From Phoronis australis (taxonomy: Eukaryota; Animalia; Phoronida), in NCBI GenBank assembly GCA_002633005.1, contig NMRA01000161.1, positions 473,666-537,665 of the forward strand: a stretch of DNA of 64,000 bases, in the 5' to 3' direction. Below the pieces are notes generated by a model. The model saw only the letters and a program-made list of their open reading frames with translations, ran no database searches and was not told the origin of the DNA. Below are positions 41,616 to 54,739 of the stretch, piece by piece. The translations under genes were made by a program, and so were the position numbers. Each line of letters opens with the position of its first letter. Position 1 is the first letter of the stretch.

Positions 41616-43049
41616 GTAAATGAAGTGCTGAAANTACCCAGAAACACACACCCTGACATCAATGGGAAATGCCTAGCTGAGATAACGTTACCGTACTGGT
41701 ACATGCACTTCATTTCAGCAAAAGTCAAATTTCAGCCAACCTTAATTTAATCCTTCTATTCAGTTGGATCCGACTTTTATTGGCACACAGTTCTCTCACT
41801 AGTACATATATTTTTACAACACTCCACCACAAAGTTTACATGACAAAAGTCAATGGTCATAAACTGCCCTGCCCTACATGCCGCATATCCAGGCATTAAT
41901 GTACTGTAAGTACCAGAAGACCATTGTGTTATACCCATAAACAGGGCAGACTACAAAAATGATGGTTTTCCTCAAGTAACATAGTTGTAGATTGGAAGAG
42001 CTTGCCAGGCTACATAACATTTGTCCCATCTCTTGAAATCTACGGAAGCAATTCATCTTCCTTCCCAATATAACATTGCGGGGTGTAGCATTCTTGGGGC
42101 ACTCCTTCCTTAGTGCCCTATTCCTAATGATTTGGCTATGTTAATAAATCTTCGAAGTGGTGTCCACTAGTTACTTTCTAGAAAAAAACACTATATCGTG
42201 GAGAGTATAAGGTTACTAAGGTCATAGAAGGCGGGTCAGCCTAAGAATCCAAGTCAAGTAGAACACGTCAATGAAACATCCACTTACACGATAAGTGGGG
42301 GGTTCTACGGGCCCAATCAAGTTAAACAGTTGTTACTGCGACTGGATTCTCACCTAAAAAATCATTTCATTTCAGTTTCAATTTTTAAACCTCGAAAGAC
42401 CAACTTTAAAATATATCACTGGTTCTGGGTCTAATGAAACTTTATTTTTGATGTTTTCCGTTATATTCCAATACAAACTAAAGAAAAGTGTTGAGATTCT
42501 TTAATTGCGTGTTCAAGTATGTAATGATTTCTTTAGACAATTTTCTAAAAATCCTAGTTTGCATTTGATGACCCTAATATTAAAGTTATGTTTTTACTTG
42601 AAATCCGTGTTGTTACTTATGTTGTAGCTCGAATCTTGGGTTCATCAAGTGCGACTTTAGACTAAAAATTTGTGTAGATAAACCATGATTTAAATGAACC
42701 AATGAGCTGCAGAGCTTATAAACAATTACATTAAGTGTGTATTCAAATTAAGAAGCAAAAAAACAACAATAATTTGGAATACAATTTACAGCACAAAAAA
42801 ATAAGAGCCCTGGCAGTTTTGAAAACCAACAACTCAACTTTTAAACAAAGATCGAGACTAATTTCAGCTGGCATCAGGTAACAATGGGAAAAAAGAAGCA
42901 AAATAATTTCAGTCAACACCAAACAATGTTGGGAAAAGGATACCGACCCATTTCCGTTATCCCTTTCTATTTGAAAGTTTGGAAACTAAATACTTGCGCA
43001 TAATCACGCCAGACTAGAACCATATGCTATTTTCTTTATCATGAATTCA

Positions 43050-44445
43050 CCGGTCTTTGCAGAATTGAGCTTGGTCGGCTTATGACTCACACTACCAGGA
43101 TTGAATGTGCAACATGATTCATTTCAATAGTATAGAACTTAGCCACCAACAACTCAATCAAGTCAAAATAGTGATTGTCAGTTCCGTTTTTTGTTTTAGT
43201 AGCATTGTTCTTCGAGTGAAATAGGTCGCTGTTGCCACATTCTCTTTCACGCTAACAGTTATTTTCCGCATAGAGCAGATTCAATGGGCTAACAAAACAT
43301 TCGTGCCTCTTCCCAAGATCTTTTCAGCACAGATCAATATGTGTATAACTCCAGGTGCTGGCCCCATACGTCCACTGTTTTTCTTCAGCTGTAACAAGTG
43401 ATAGAACTCTTCATTAGACTGGGGTTTCCCCGGCAATCACTCCATGGCACGATTGTAATAACTTTAAGAACAGCAAAACCAAATATTCTCGATGACACTG
43501 AGGTGCTCAGCTAACACAATTTGGTAATAATCGTGCTCATTGATGTAAAATGGTGTTGGGAGCTCCTATTTTTGGTAGACCTGGCAACAACGATTCCCTG
43601 ACAGAGCAATGCAATAATGAATGATTCGGGTGAGATATTTTTAATGAAAAGTAAATGGTGCTGCTGAGAAGCACTCAAGGCAGCAAACGAGTGTAGAACA
43701 AAAACATAACTGTTGCTTTTGCTTTTAAATTTCTCTGTTCTCGTCTCGATAGTTCAATACCGGGTAGTACAGTGTTAGCAGTAGAAGGAAGGACCATGTT
43801 TGTTCATTCAGTCAATGTTTCACTCAGCTAATCCGATAGAAGGCTGTTTACCAGTTTACACGATGTGCTTAACAATAGCTCAAGGTGATTTTCATTCAAA
43901 ATGAACTGAAAGTGTAACAGATGCCACCTCATGGCAAAATTCAGACACATATTTCAACACTACACTTACCTGCAGAATCAGCATCAGTCAAAATCGTTAC
44001 GGCATACCCATTCCGCACGATATGCAACTCAGAAAAGTGATGGGAGCATAAAACACGTCCAGATCCTGACTCCCACCAAATGCCATCAGGCTTGCTTCGT
44101 CGAGCAGCTTGCGCTCACTTTTTGGGCACAGATTCATCTTTGAGAAACCTGCCACAAGAAATGTGTGAGTAAAAGATTAGAAATACACACAAAAAATAAG
44201 TATTTTTAAATAAAACGACTTACAAACAAGGAGGATATCTGTGGAAGGTAGCATCAAATTACTTCAATACGACATTGTAAAATGTTTAAGTGTGCAGGAG
44301 GTGGGGGATCCGGAACACTGGCCATGACATAAACATAAACGGGGACACACTGACCTGTGAAACGTGATTTAAATTCAAAGGTCAGCTAAAAGTTTACCAC
44401 TGGACAGGCTGATCTGCATTACACAGCCTGAAACTGCATAACTAG
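43050..44445 (-). pseudogene. P-element/THAP9-like transposase pseudogene, spliced and internally deleted
   Basis: Exon ~44442-44355 reads AVSGC..ITFHR then gtcagt. Exon 44148-43970 reads FLKDESV.KK*AQAARR..WESGSGRVLCSHHF then gtaagt. C-terminal motifs IFGFAVLKV, LLQLKKNSGRMGPAPGVIHILICAEK and NHYFDLIELLVAKFYTIEMNHVA follow. Confidence 0.7.
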
Positions 44446-45779
44446 AGTGAAACAGACAATGCATAATTCGGGATCATCCGTCATATAAATAACCAATTTT
44501 TTCAATATTCAGTCTCAGTGACACACATCAAACACCAAAAGTGAAAAGCTCCGTGGAATAGTTACCACTAAAAAGTTGGGTTTGTAGCTTTGGTTCTTTT
44601 GTTCAATTATTTTTGCAGTTCACTACTACACAGTACCTAGACAGCTCGTGTCACTTCATTACGAAGATGGAGGACCACTCCCCTCATCGTAAACCACGTG
44701 ACTTCAACTCTTCTATATTTTTCTCATCGAACGTACCACCACGAAACTGCTTAATCAAACGACATCGCAACGCACTCGCCACCAGATCGAACGGCCGAGC
44801 ACTTGCGGAGAGGTACGAAGCTATGTAGGCTTGTGGTGTATTTTAGGTAGCGCAGCTTCGACTAAAGTGGGTTGCCCCTGCATATTGACTGAATAAATCT
44901 CAGGTACACTGTCTTTTGAATTTAAACTCAAAACTGTGACATTTTTCAGGTAGTCTGTTCCTTCGTGCGGAAGTTCTTGAATGCCCAAGTTCCACTTCAT
45001 TTCAGGAATAACGTACCCTGATGTTTTCGCCAACGTCCCTTGTTACAGTTTCTCATTGTTATGTACGCTACTTAAGTAACCTCAAACTGCTGGGTCAATT
45101 TAACACAGTGAAATAAAGAATGAGACGCTAGAAGGCTTCAGGCACTTACAATTTGCATGCTGTTCCAGTCTCACTGAGCCGCAGTGTTAGATCCTTGAGT
45201 CAGGTTTCTAGATCCTCAGCATTTATTAATAAAGCACAAAAATGGTTCCAGGTGATCAATGTAATGGGCCCACATTCGCGGCCTGAGCACGTCTGGTACA
45301 ACGTATACCAGAGCGCCTGCAATTATTTTTTTCAAAATTTCCTCGGTGCAATTAAAATGTTCCAAAGTGAGCAAATTTGTGGAGACAGCGTAAACAGGTT
45401 TGTAAATTAGACAGTAAAAGTCTTTAAATAATTTTGTTTATTCAAAAAATGTCTCAAAAACATTCTATGGAGACTATTCTTGATAAATCCCGAAATGGCT
45501 TAAAATTGGTCTGGCGACTTTACTACATGTTTTGGAAAGTGACTTGAACAAGTCGAATAAAAGTACAAACAGCGACTTTTTCGAAGTTAATTTGAAGCAT
45601 TATGACATTGCGTGGTACATATGTTTCTAGAACTATCATTTTCCTTGCGTAATCCATGCAATGCCTCTCTATATATTTCATGAGACAAAATGAAAACGTC
45701 GAAATATCTCAGACTGAAGCAAATTAGCTACGTTGTCTTCATGTGTACAGTGCCTTATAACATGTGTTTCTTCAGGCTA

Positions 45780-46192
45780 TTACCATGTTTACAACACCGC
45801 CATCTACGGAGCAAAATGACCGAAGTGAACTTTCGCGCAGGATAATATATTCTGTAGGAGTAAGATAATACACGCAAGTGTTGGCTTACGTAGTACATCC
45901 TGGTACGCAGCAACAGTATGGCATGTTGACTGACTCGTAAACAAAAGCAAACGACGACTGAACTGTTCACAACCGAGGTAGAGCAATGACTGACTCAGCA
46001 GCTCTCACAGTCGATCTATATGAAAAGAAATTGGCGTGAAATTCTTGCCTCCCAAAATGTCACTTCTGGAGTAGAGGACGAGTAATTGTTTAAAATATAA
46101 AAAGCTGTAATTAACTGAAAAATATGTCTGGGATAATCAACGAACCTCATTTTTGCTAAAAATGCCATGAAAGAGATTGCCTTCGCCTTTAA
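45780..46192 (-). mobile_element. Kolobok-like element end with THAP start
   Basis: Minus strand begins TTAAagg at ~46192 and shares its terminus with 29260-29336. MPYCCCVPGCT* lies at ~45923-45888. Confidence 0.55.
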
Positions 46193-46721
46193 GTCACAGA
46201 AAATGCGTACATTTTCGAATTCAATATCAGGTTTACTCAACTCCAATGAACTTTGAATTGTTTTCTTAAGTTGAAGATGGTGTTGACGTTCCTGTTAATA
46301 ACTGAAATAGAACCATGACGCGGTAATGAATATTAGGATGCCGACTTTATAAGAGTAAAAAACCTAACTCAATTTTAGTTTACGGCGGGTTTTAAATTAG
46401 GCGAAATGGAACTTTCATTACTATTAATTCTGGTCTTTAATGTTGAGTTTGTGCTAGTCAAACTGTCGTCTCGTGAATCGCGTAGATAGCTGTTTCATGA
46501 TACGATTTTTAAAATTGAGTTCGTTTCCAGGCTACAGTTTTGTTGTGAATTTTGATTTCAAACGTTTTTACTGAATGGTTGTAGGTTTGCATAACACACT
46601 TTAAATGTTACAATAGGTTTCACGTTAGTATCTCTTTGTTCAAGTGAGGGACTTTTACGATATAGCCGTATTTTCTATTGATTATAGTACTTTCGATCAA
46701 TCATGATTTACTAAGAAGCAC

Positions 46722-48000
46722 CAGAGACCGTAGAGAGGGAGACGTTTCAGCTGGCGAAATCCTATTGGACGGTCACTGGCGGCCATTGTTGTTGAATGGA
46801 CCGTAGAGACGTCTAGCGGGTGTGTGTGGGAAAAAAGGAATATGGCTGATACTCGTGGTCCATGGTCACTGAGACAAGATATTTTATCTGATCATGTAGT
46901 TCATTATAGATTTCCCATAGTTAATACCTCTGAGGGTAGTGCTGTGTCAAGTAACTTGAAAACAAGATATGCCGGCTGCAGTCCCTAAAAAGAGGATCAG
47001 AGGAGCTTTTTGCGCTGCAGAAAAACCGGGACTTTCACTCCCCACTGATAAAGACAGGTGATACAAAGAATCCTTTTTGTGAAAATGCTGCCTGTCAATC
47101 ATTGATGTTGGCAGAGTGATTTGAACTTGTCTTACCTTTAAGTTTCAAGGTTTTATTTGATTACTCAAAGCAAAATTGTGGTAATCCGTTACATATGGCC
47201 GGGATGATGGGTACTAAGTACTTGATTTTAGAGCCAGTTACTCCCAATGAATTACGCCTGCTATTCAGTGGTAGTAACTGGTTCTCAAATGAATTTCGAG
47301 TAAGGGACCCACATATCAAACTATAAGCGAAATTGTCCTGCATGTGTTTCATGACTTAGGGCCTACTGATAACTTGTTTTTCTATTCTATGATTGGATCT
47401 AAACTGTAATTTCTTTCATTTCTTCAATTCACTTCAGTGTTTATACATTCAGATCCAAGAGATAGGTGTTAAACAGCAAGTGTGAGGATCTGCTAAGGAG
47501 AAATGCTGTGATGTTAACTTGTTCCAGTACAGTGCTGTAGTGGTAAAATTAGAGGTAAGTAGGCGCCTAAAGCCCACCGTATCACATTGAGCACTGAACG
47601 TAACTTACGGTGCGTAGGCGCTACTTTCAAATGCCAAAAGGTGNGCACCCAGCGGTCCCTATTGTGCCTGTAACTGTAGAGGGTGGTGCTGTTGGATTAG
47701 GCATGGCGCCAGTAACTGCAGCATCTTTGGTAATACTATCAGAGACCGTAGATAGGGAGACAGTCCACCTAGCGAAATCCCATCGGACGGCCACTGGTGG
47801 ACATTGTTGTTTCATGGACTGTAGACACGTCTAGCAAGTGTGCGTGCAATAAACAAATGTGGCAAGATATCACGGCTCCCGTCAGTAAAAAAGCAATGGT
47901 GCTTTTTGCACTGCCTACGGCTGCAGCAACAGTTAATTGAAAATTCGTGACTCATGTTTTTTGCTTCCTCAATGATTAAGATAGGTGATGTTCATGATTG
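46722..48000 (+). mobile_element. Two diverged 5' ends of a THAP-bearing P-like element (starts 46722 and 47740)
   Basis: Both begin cagagaccgtaga.agggagac..gcgaaatcc.at.ggacgg.cactgg. The second copy encodes AFCTAYGCSNS..; both have an ag|gtga donor-like site at the equivalent position. Confidence 0.65.
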
Positions 48001-49261
48001 AAACAGAGGATATTTCTGCGTGAATCTCTTGCCAGTCATTCAGTGATGGACTGGGTGTCTTTACTGTTTCCTGCATTTGATTGCTGATATAGAAAGTTGT
48101 CATAAATTGTTTGCATGATTTTGGAAACTACTGATTAGTTTATTCTATGCCCATTGATGCTTCTAATTACTTTTTTCATTTGTTTTGCAGTCTTAATACA
48201 TTCAGATCTAAAAGATAATTATATTTACTATTATTTACTAATTTTGTTATTGTTTTTTTATCATATATTTATTTTTATATCTATTCTTGATTATTTATTA
48301 TTGTTTATTTGCTATTACTTATTTAAATTATTTCTTGTGATCCAATACAGTCAACATCCTGGCTGTCGTTGATCAATAATCTGTATAATATGATCATGGT
48401 ATGTACTTCAGTGCATAATAACTATTACGTTTTTTTCTTTGGTAACCTACTTGATTATTTGCCATAGGAAGTGGTGAAGGAAGTGTTCTTTTAAAGGCAC
48501 ATTGAGCCATACATCTGTGGACACTTCGGTGGTATGTGTATTACCTTGGAAACTTGTTACACTTCAGTGACGATGTTGTTTGTTTAGATTTTTGTTTTGA
48601 CATGGGTTTCAAACATTAAGTCAAGAAATAAGGCGTCGTTATGCTATTTACTATGAAGTTGGCCTGCCAACGCAGGCTGAATATGCCTTTAACTAACTGC
48701 TGATAGTTGATTTAAAAATGTGAGGGATTTATGAGAGCTGGAGAGCTTAGTAAAAAAATGTCCAAAATGGATTGCATATTCAATAGGCATCTTGGCTGTT
48801 TTATGGGGGCATACAGGCAGGTTTACTGGACTTCAGGCAGGAATTCCATCTCTTGCAGGTTTGGAACCCGTACCCCTCTTGCCTCCAGTTTCATTCACCA
48901 CAACCCACCCCAATGCGCTACCCATTTCAGATACCATCGGGCACGGATGCTTGGGGTCCAGTGAATCAGACCCAAGTAGCGACTCCACTGTTGCCTAAAA
49001 CTACTACGTTTTTGGGAGTTTTCTACATTGAATTCTTAATGATTGAAAATAAGTAGGGATCTTTTCATGCAATGCACCTAATTTAAGGACTAAGTCCCTA
49101 AATGTTTTGACTGAATTAAGAGCTCAGTTTTTAGTTATATTATTATAAAAAATCATAAGTCAAAAGAGGAGTTCATAATACAGATAAAATGATAGAAAAA
49201 TATAAAAACTGTGAGCAAAGAACAAAAAAATGCATAAAAGATTTACCAACTCAGTTGAGTA

Positions 49262-49422
49262 CAGGCAGATCCAGGGTGGCAGGTCAAAGTGGTCTGGACC
49301 CCCCATTTTCCTTGATTGTAGTGATATCAATGCTAGAATTTTCAAATTGTTGACTTGGGGCACCTTTCTTAAAAAATCATTATCCGAACCCCCCCCCCTT
49401 AAAAATCCTGGATATGACCCTG
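49262..49422. mobile_element. Short GC-tipped MITE
   Basis: Imperfect TIR caggcagatccagg / cctggatatgaccctg. Confidence 0.55.
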
Positions 49423-50399
49423 TTGGGTCGATATTTGGCACAGTTTCATGTAAATGGGCACAGACACAACTGCTTGAATCTAGAACGTCTTTAAGATATG
49501 AATTTTCGAAAGAAAGATCTACTAATTTCTCCATTTTATTTTAAAACAAAGTTTGTGTGTTAAAATCTTACATAATTAATTGTTAATTAATTGATATTAA
49601 CACCTGGAATATTGGGGGAAGAAAGCTATCTCTGCCCCCAACCTTTCAATTGGTTGAGGGGCACCCCCATCTATCTCTTCTTCAGCAGATCCATTTGATG
49701 TTTATTACATTCCTGACCTCCTGGACAAAATCCTACAGGTTCGGTACCTGCACATTCTCCAATAACCTATTTTCATCTGCTCAGCTCTTATTACTGAGTC
49801 TCCCTCTTGCTTATGATTTATTTCTCGTAATTTATATTACCTTTGCTGCCCAAATTTTTTCTTGGTTTACTCCATATTTTGCCTATGTGTATTTTTCCAT
49901 TTCAGTGCTCGTGTTTTTTGTTTTCAATATTTTAAACAAAGACACTTCACTGACAATTTTGAATTTGACAAACTAAGATCGGCAATAGTGAATGCCTTGC
50001 GTACTTCGTCGGCCAACACACACCCGCTAGGTGTCGCCACGGTCCATGACACAATAATGGCGGCGGCCTTGGTGAATAGTCTTGTTAGCGTCTTTGGAAG
50101 CACCACCATGCCAAGGTGACACACGTATGGCGTCAAAACTTTCAGAGCAAAATAAATTATGCTTTTTAATGATATTAAAAATTCAAAATGGTGCTTAGGA
50201 GGCCTCGCTACCATTTAGGGGCTTAAAGGGGAATTGTTAATTTTTGGCCGAACATCCATTTTGGGCATTTTTATTAAAGGGTTGACTTGTTGAAGTTATT
50301 AGCTTTCATGAGGTCTATTGAATAATGAAATCTGTCGTGTTTTGTGATTTTTTACGAATTACCAGGTTTTTCGCTCGTTGCTTCAGAGGTCTTTTTATT

Positions 50400-51950
50400 T
50401 CTTTTCCTGTCACATCAAATACACGAAAGGCCCTCTATGCCGACTGTCTTCTAAAACCTTTGTATCCCACATCAACTGGCCAGCATCATATCTCAAGTCT
50501 TTTCCCTTCTTTTCATGTCTAAAGAGTTGCTACTGCTCTGTCTTCCTCTCATGTGTATCTTCTGACTGCTCTTCACATATTGCTGTCGTGTCCAACATTA
50601 TTAGAGTTTTATGTAGGCAAGCTCGAGGCGTATATTCAGAAATATTGGTCAATTGTTCAAAGTCAAATCCACATATACGCCCGGGCGTATTTGGAAGTGT
50701 CGATAATACGTTCGCGAGTATCAATGCAAATGGAGAATGCCCGAAGCATTTTCTGTACAACGATACTGTAACAAAGACGATCTGTTTAATAAGATTGACG
50801 GACAGGAGAGAAGTTCCATAGCCAAAGTTAAAACTCAACACTTCTGTGGCCGGTGAAATGTATGGAGGTGTTATCTCAAGGAAGTACTTGTCTAGTCTCC
50901 ATTGCGACATAAAACGGTTCTGGGCGAGGAGAAGTTCAGGTGGTGAGCGAACTTTCAAATCGCATCTGCACTCTGTCGTTCTCTACCTTTTTGTAGAGTT
51001 CAACTGAATACATTTACCCCCTCCCTACTGTCTTTTTATCATAAGTTTAAGGATAATTTCGGTGCTTGTCTCGGTGATCCAACAGTAAAGAAACATCAAT
51101 GCAGTGTCCTCGGACCAAGCCAGTGGATGTTACATTTCATGTGCTTCGTCTAGACGAAAGGTGAATGCAACACGTTTTGGAAAAACAAAACTGAGGGCTT
51201 ACGAGTACCTGAATTATCGGCAATGATATATTTTGTGACAGACGAAGTGAAAAACTTGAATGGGAGTGCGATTTTGAACTTTCGTAATGGCCTTATTGCG
51301 AGCAACTTAACTGTCCAAGCAAAAGTTGAAACATTAATGCTAAGAAGAGATAACCAGTGGTTATCTCTTCCTGGTAATGCCTATCTCATCCCTGTACAAT
51401 GGTCTGTCTCCCGTATTAAACTCTGATTTGCGTCTAATACGACAATCGCTTGCTGACCTATGCGCACATGACAACGGCTTTAGTGACCTGAGGATCTCTT
51501 TTATCCTGCTGACTGTGCTGAGTAGTTCTGTGCAAAGAGATATCATCCTAAAAAACTTTGTCGGAAACCTAACCTGAAGTATAACGTATTATGTGACTTG
51601 TTACAACAGAGTGAATGCAGAGGGTAGTGTTGTCAGTTTAAGATTGCTCCTTCACTCTTTGACCCATGCCAGCATCGAAACATTCGTTATTGTATATATG
51701 TTAGTACAATATATTATCAGCAGTCACTCTCGGTTTTCTACTGAGAATTTATTCAAAAAACATCTTGAATACAAATTGCTAATATTCGAGAAAACAGCGA
51801 CAAACAAATCCCAAAACAAATACAAGGCAAGACGGCGATCTGAATGATCCAGGCTACAAGCGATCTAATGGTGAGGTCTCGACATGCAGTATTGATATTG
51901 GAAATTTAGCGGAGAAACCGTGGCATAACATTTGAAAAACTATACTTCTA
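50400..51950 (-). mobile_element. Highly degenerate LINE ORF2 (RT/C-terminal) remnant
   Basis: Several overlapping minus-strand ORF fragments with eroded RT-like motifs in expected order (FNTGDR, IADN, ITPPYIS). Weak evidence. Confidence 0.3.
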
Positions 51951-52037
51951 ATTCAAGTGGCGGATATTAAAATCTAAAGCGCGGTTCACTGCGATAAACA
52001 AAGCGGAAGTTGATATTTCGTTGGTCCAACCTGGATG

Positions 52038-52849
52038 CACAGGCGCTTGGGTTTATCGCAAATGACGTCACAATATATATATAAGAAAACATAAAGGTTG
52101 GACACTCGAAATCTGTTTAGCCGAGGCTCCCAACTTCAACCGTCCAAAATCCAAATAAAATCTGCGTGCACTTCCCTTAGCCTGGTATTGCATAAACATT
52201 CGAAGCCTTATCTTTCCTAGATCCCATCAACTGTCTTCGTGAGTGGTGAAGTGGCGATGGAATTTCCAAAACAATCTCAAAACTCTGAATTCAAGGACCT
52301 GAAATAGTAAACATGGCGGATTTCAGTTGTGCTTCAACTTGTACGCCTGACGTAGGTTAAACTTCGAGTTTGAGCAAGCAACCTATATTTCAAATTCAAT
52401 AATTCTAATCCAAAACTCAACTAATTGAGAACGTTAAAGTTAGTATTTTAACGCTTATTTGTAACTTAATTCAACTGACGGCTCATTTTAGCCCTTAACT
52501 TAGAATTTATTACATAAACTGGCGTATCTTGTTTCTCATCTTGACATCACACACTTTTTTGATTGAAGCACAACACACACTCGGCCAGGAAACGTAGTCC
52601 GTGCAAGTATTACAATGCGCGTGGCCGACGAGTTAACTCAATGGTTTTGGCCTTTGGCATTCTTTTGGCATTTTTGTCGCCAAATCACCACTCGAAGGCA
52701 ATTTGAAGAGATCAAATGAAAGAAGGTATTCTTGGAGTTCCATGCACATTTGAGTAGAAAATTCTGAGCAAACAGATTTCGAGTGTCCAACCTTTATGTT
52801 TTCTTATATATATTATTGACGTCATTTGCGATAAACCCAAGCGCCTGTG
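52038..52849. mobile_element. 812-bp MITE with ~80-bp TIRs and 8-bp TSD (P- or hAT-type)
   Basis: TIR cacaggcgcttgggtttatcgcaaatgacgtca..gaaatctgttt (52038-52118) is mirrored at 52770-52849. Flanks are cctggatg and ccttgatg. Confidence 0.92.
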
Positions 52850-54554
52850 CCTTGATGTTAAATCTTAAAAATGTGTCAATGAGGATGCAGAAAATGAAAA
52901 AAGTGGTTTTCTTCGTACGCGTCCGTCTGTGTCCCATTACATAATTGGATGCCTATTACTGGTAGTATGTTAGGTGTAACTACCACTTGACTGGTGATGG
53001 TGAAAAAAGAAAGTAGCAACTTCAATCATCGACCGTCAAATCGACAGAATCACGTCCTTTGTAGGGAAGTGTGTATTCTTAGAATTAAAATGGTGTGTGT
53101 ATCAAATCTAAGATCATAGCACACAATTGGTTTGAAGATTAGGATAAATAGTAAATTTGGCTACATATGGATACAGATAACAACAAGATCTTTTCAAATA
53201 CGCCATCAGAAAATACTTCACACTTAAACTGTAAGAAAAAGCTTCGCACTTAATCCAACAAGGTCTTTCCAACTAATCTGCGAGGAAATACTTCAGAACA
53301 TTATCTCGTAAGAATTTAAGCAAATAATTTTTATCTTTAAATGCCAGTCCAAGGGGTCCCGAAGTGGCAAACATCCCGCATCACTCTAGGCATCTCTAAA
53401 ATTTGGTTTTGGTAATTTTGACATTTACCGTTGGCTGATAATCTATCCAGTGAATCTGTTCATATGAGCTGAATTCTTTCGAGACGACTACTGTTTCAAT
53501 TCTCGAGATATCTTAAGTGATTCATTTTTGATAGCGTCAGTCTTGAATCATTTGTTCTGTAGATAAAACAGACATAAAAACGTGACTCAGTTATGTTAGC
53601 GTCGACCATTAATAATTTTTCAGCGTCGATTGAAAATAACTGACGGAATATCCGTTGGCACTACAGCAAAGACTGAAACAACATATTCGATCATAACAAC
53701 AAAACTGAGTGCACCAATGGGTACTAACGTGCACATTTCAAGAGTCTAATCACACGCGCACAAGGGAAGATTGACATATCGATATCCAAAGTCTGTGTTT
53801 ATTTCAAACAAACCATCTTCATATAGAAGTAACACGACAACATCAAAGCAAAAAATCGCAACAGTTCAAATATAGTCATACTGCTCAGACACTTGAAGGT
53901 CTAAAGGTCCTATTTCGGTGATATTAGTCAGTTGATGGCGTTTTTCCGCATTCGTTTTCAATAAGTTAACACAAAGATTACGGTATGTCTCTTTAATGTT
54001 GCATTTTCAACTATTTGGATTTCACACCTGAATAAGTTTTGTTTATCTTTAGGTTATCGCCATTTTTTTTACATTCATTCTCATAAAATGCTTTTTTTTA
54101 CCACACAAGGTCCTTATTTTTATGGCAGGTCATATCTCTCATCTCGAGTAAACACGATTACATGCTGTATGCTGATCTATGCTTGAAACAGATAGTAAAA
54201 ATCACATATTTCTACGAATACTAGTAAAATTAGCATAAAAAACATAGAACAACATTCGCTGATGTCAAAGCATAATTAAAATCCAGTTTTTGTCAATAGT
54301 GTCTACCACTCTATTCTTACACTTTTGCATTCCTCCAGTTAAGTTAATATTGGGGGTTTGGACACGCATAATTCGATAATTTGATTCTGTGATTCGTGCA
54401 ATGATTTATGAACGGGTACAAAAGTTGCCAACCACTGCTCGTTTACACGTAAAGTGCGCAAGCATTTTCCAAATCATGTATCAGGTGGGAAAATTTCAAT
54501 CGCTACGTTTTGATGGTCCCGGCAAACCATATAGTATTCGTGCGCCGCACTCCA

Positions 54555-54561
54555 TATATAA
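54555..54561 (+). promoter_or_regulatory. Candidate TATA box of the CUB gene
   Basis: TATATAA 100 bp upstream of ATG 54655. Confidence 0.5.
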
Positions 54562-54654
54562 TCTCACTCACTTTTTCAAAGAGGCAGAACTTGCGACCCT
54601 CTGTGGTGCGCATGAACACAGATAAACAGTGGAGCTGAGGAAACACGAGTGATA

Positions 54655-54739
54655 ATGTTATACTCGGTTGGAGTTTTTGTAACTCTGTGGTTATCTTTGT
54701 CGTTTGTGAACTGTGACTGGTTGTCAAATATAAACTCAA
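54655..54739 (+). CDS. CUB gene exon 1: signal peptide
   Basis: MLYSVGVFVTLWLSLSFVNC-DWLSNINS, then a phase-1 donor a|gtaagt that matches the phase-1 acceptor at 57267. Confidence 0.65.

Noticed and set aside
48154-48372. Hydrophobic membrane-protein-like ORF
   Set aside because: Low-complexity T/A-rich DNA.
52038-52118. CACAG-starting TIR as a RAG/Transib RSS-like end
   Set aside because: The heptamer is CACAGGC, there is no nonamer at 12/23 spacing, and the TSD is 8 bp rather than 5.
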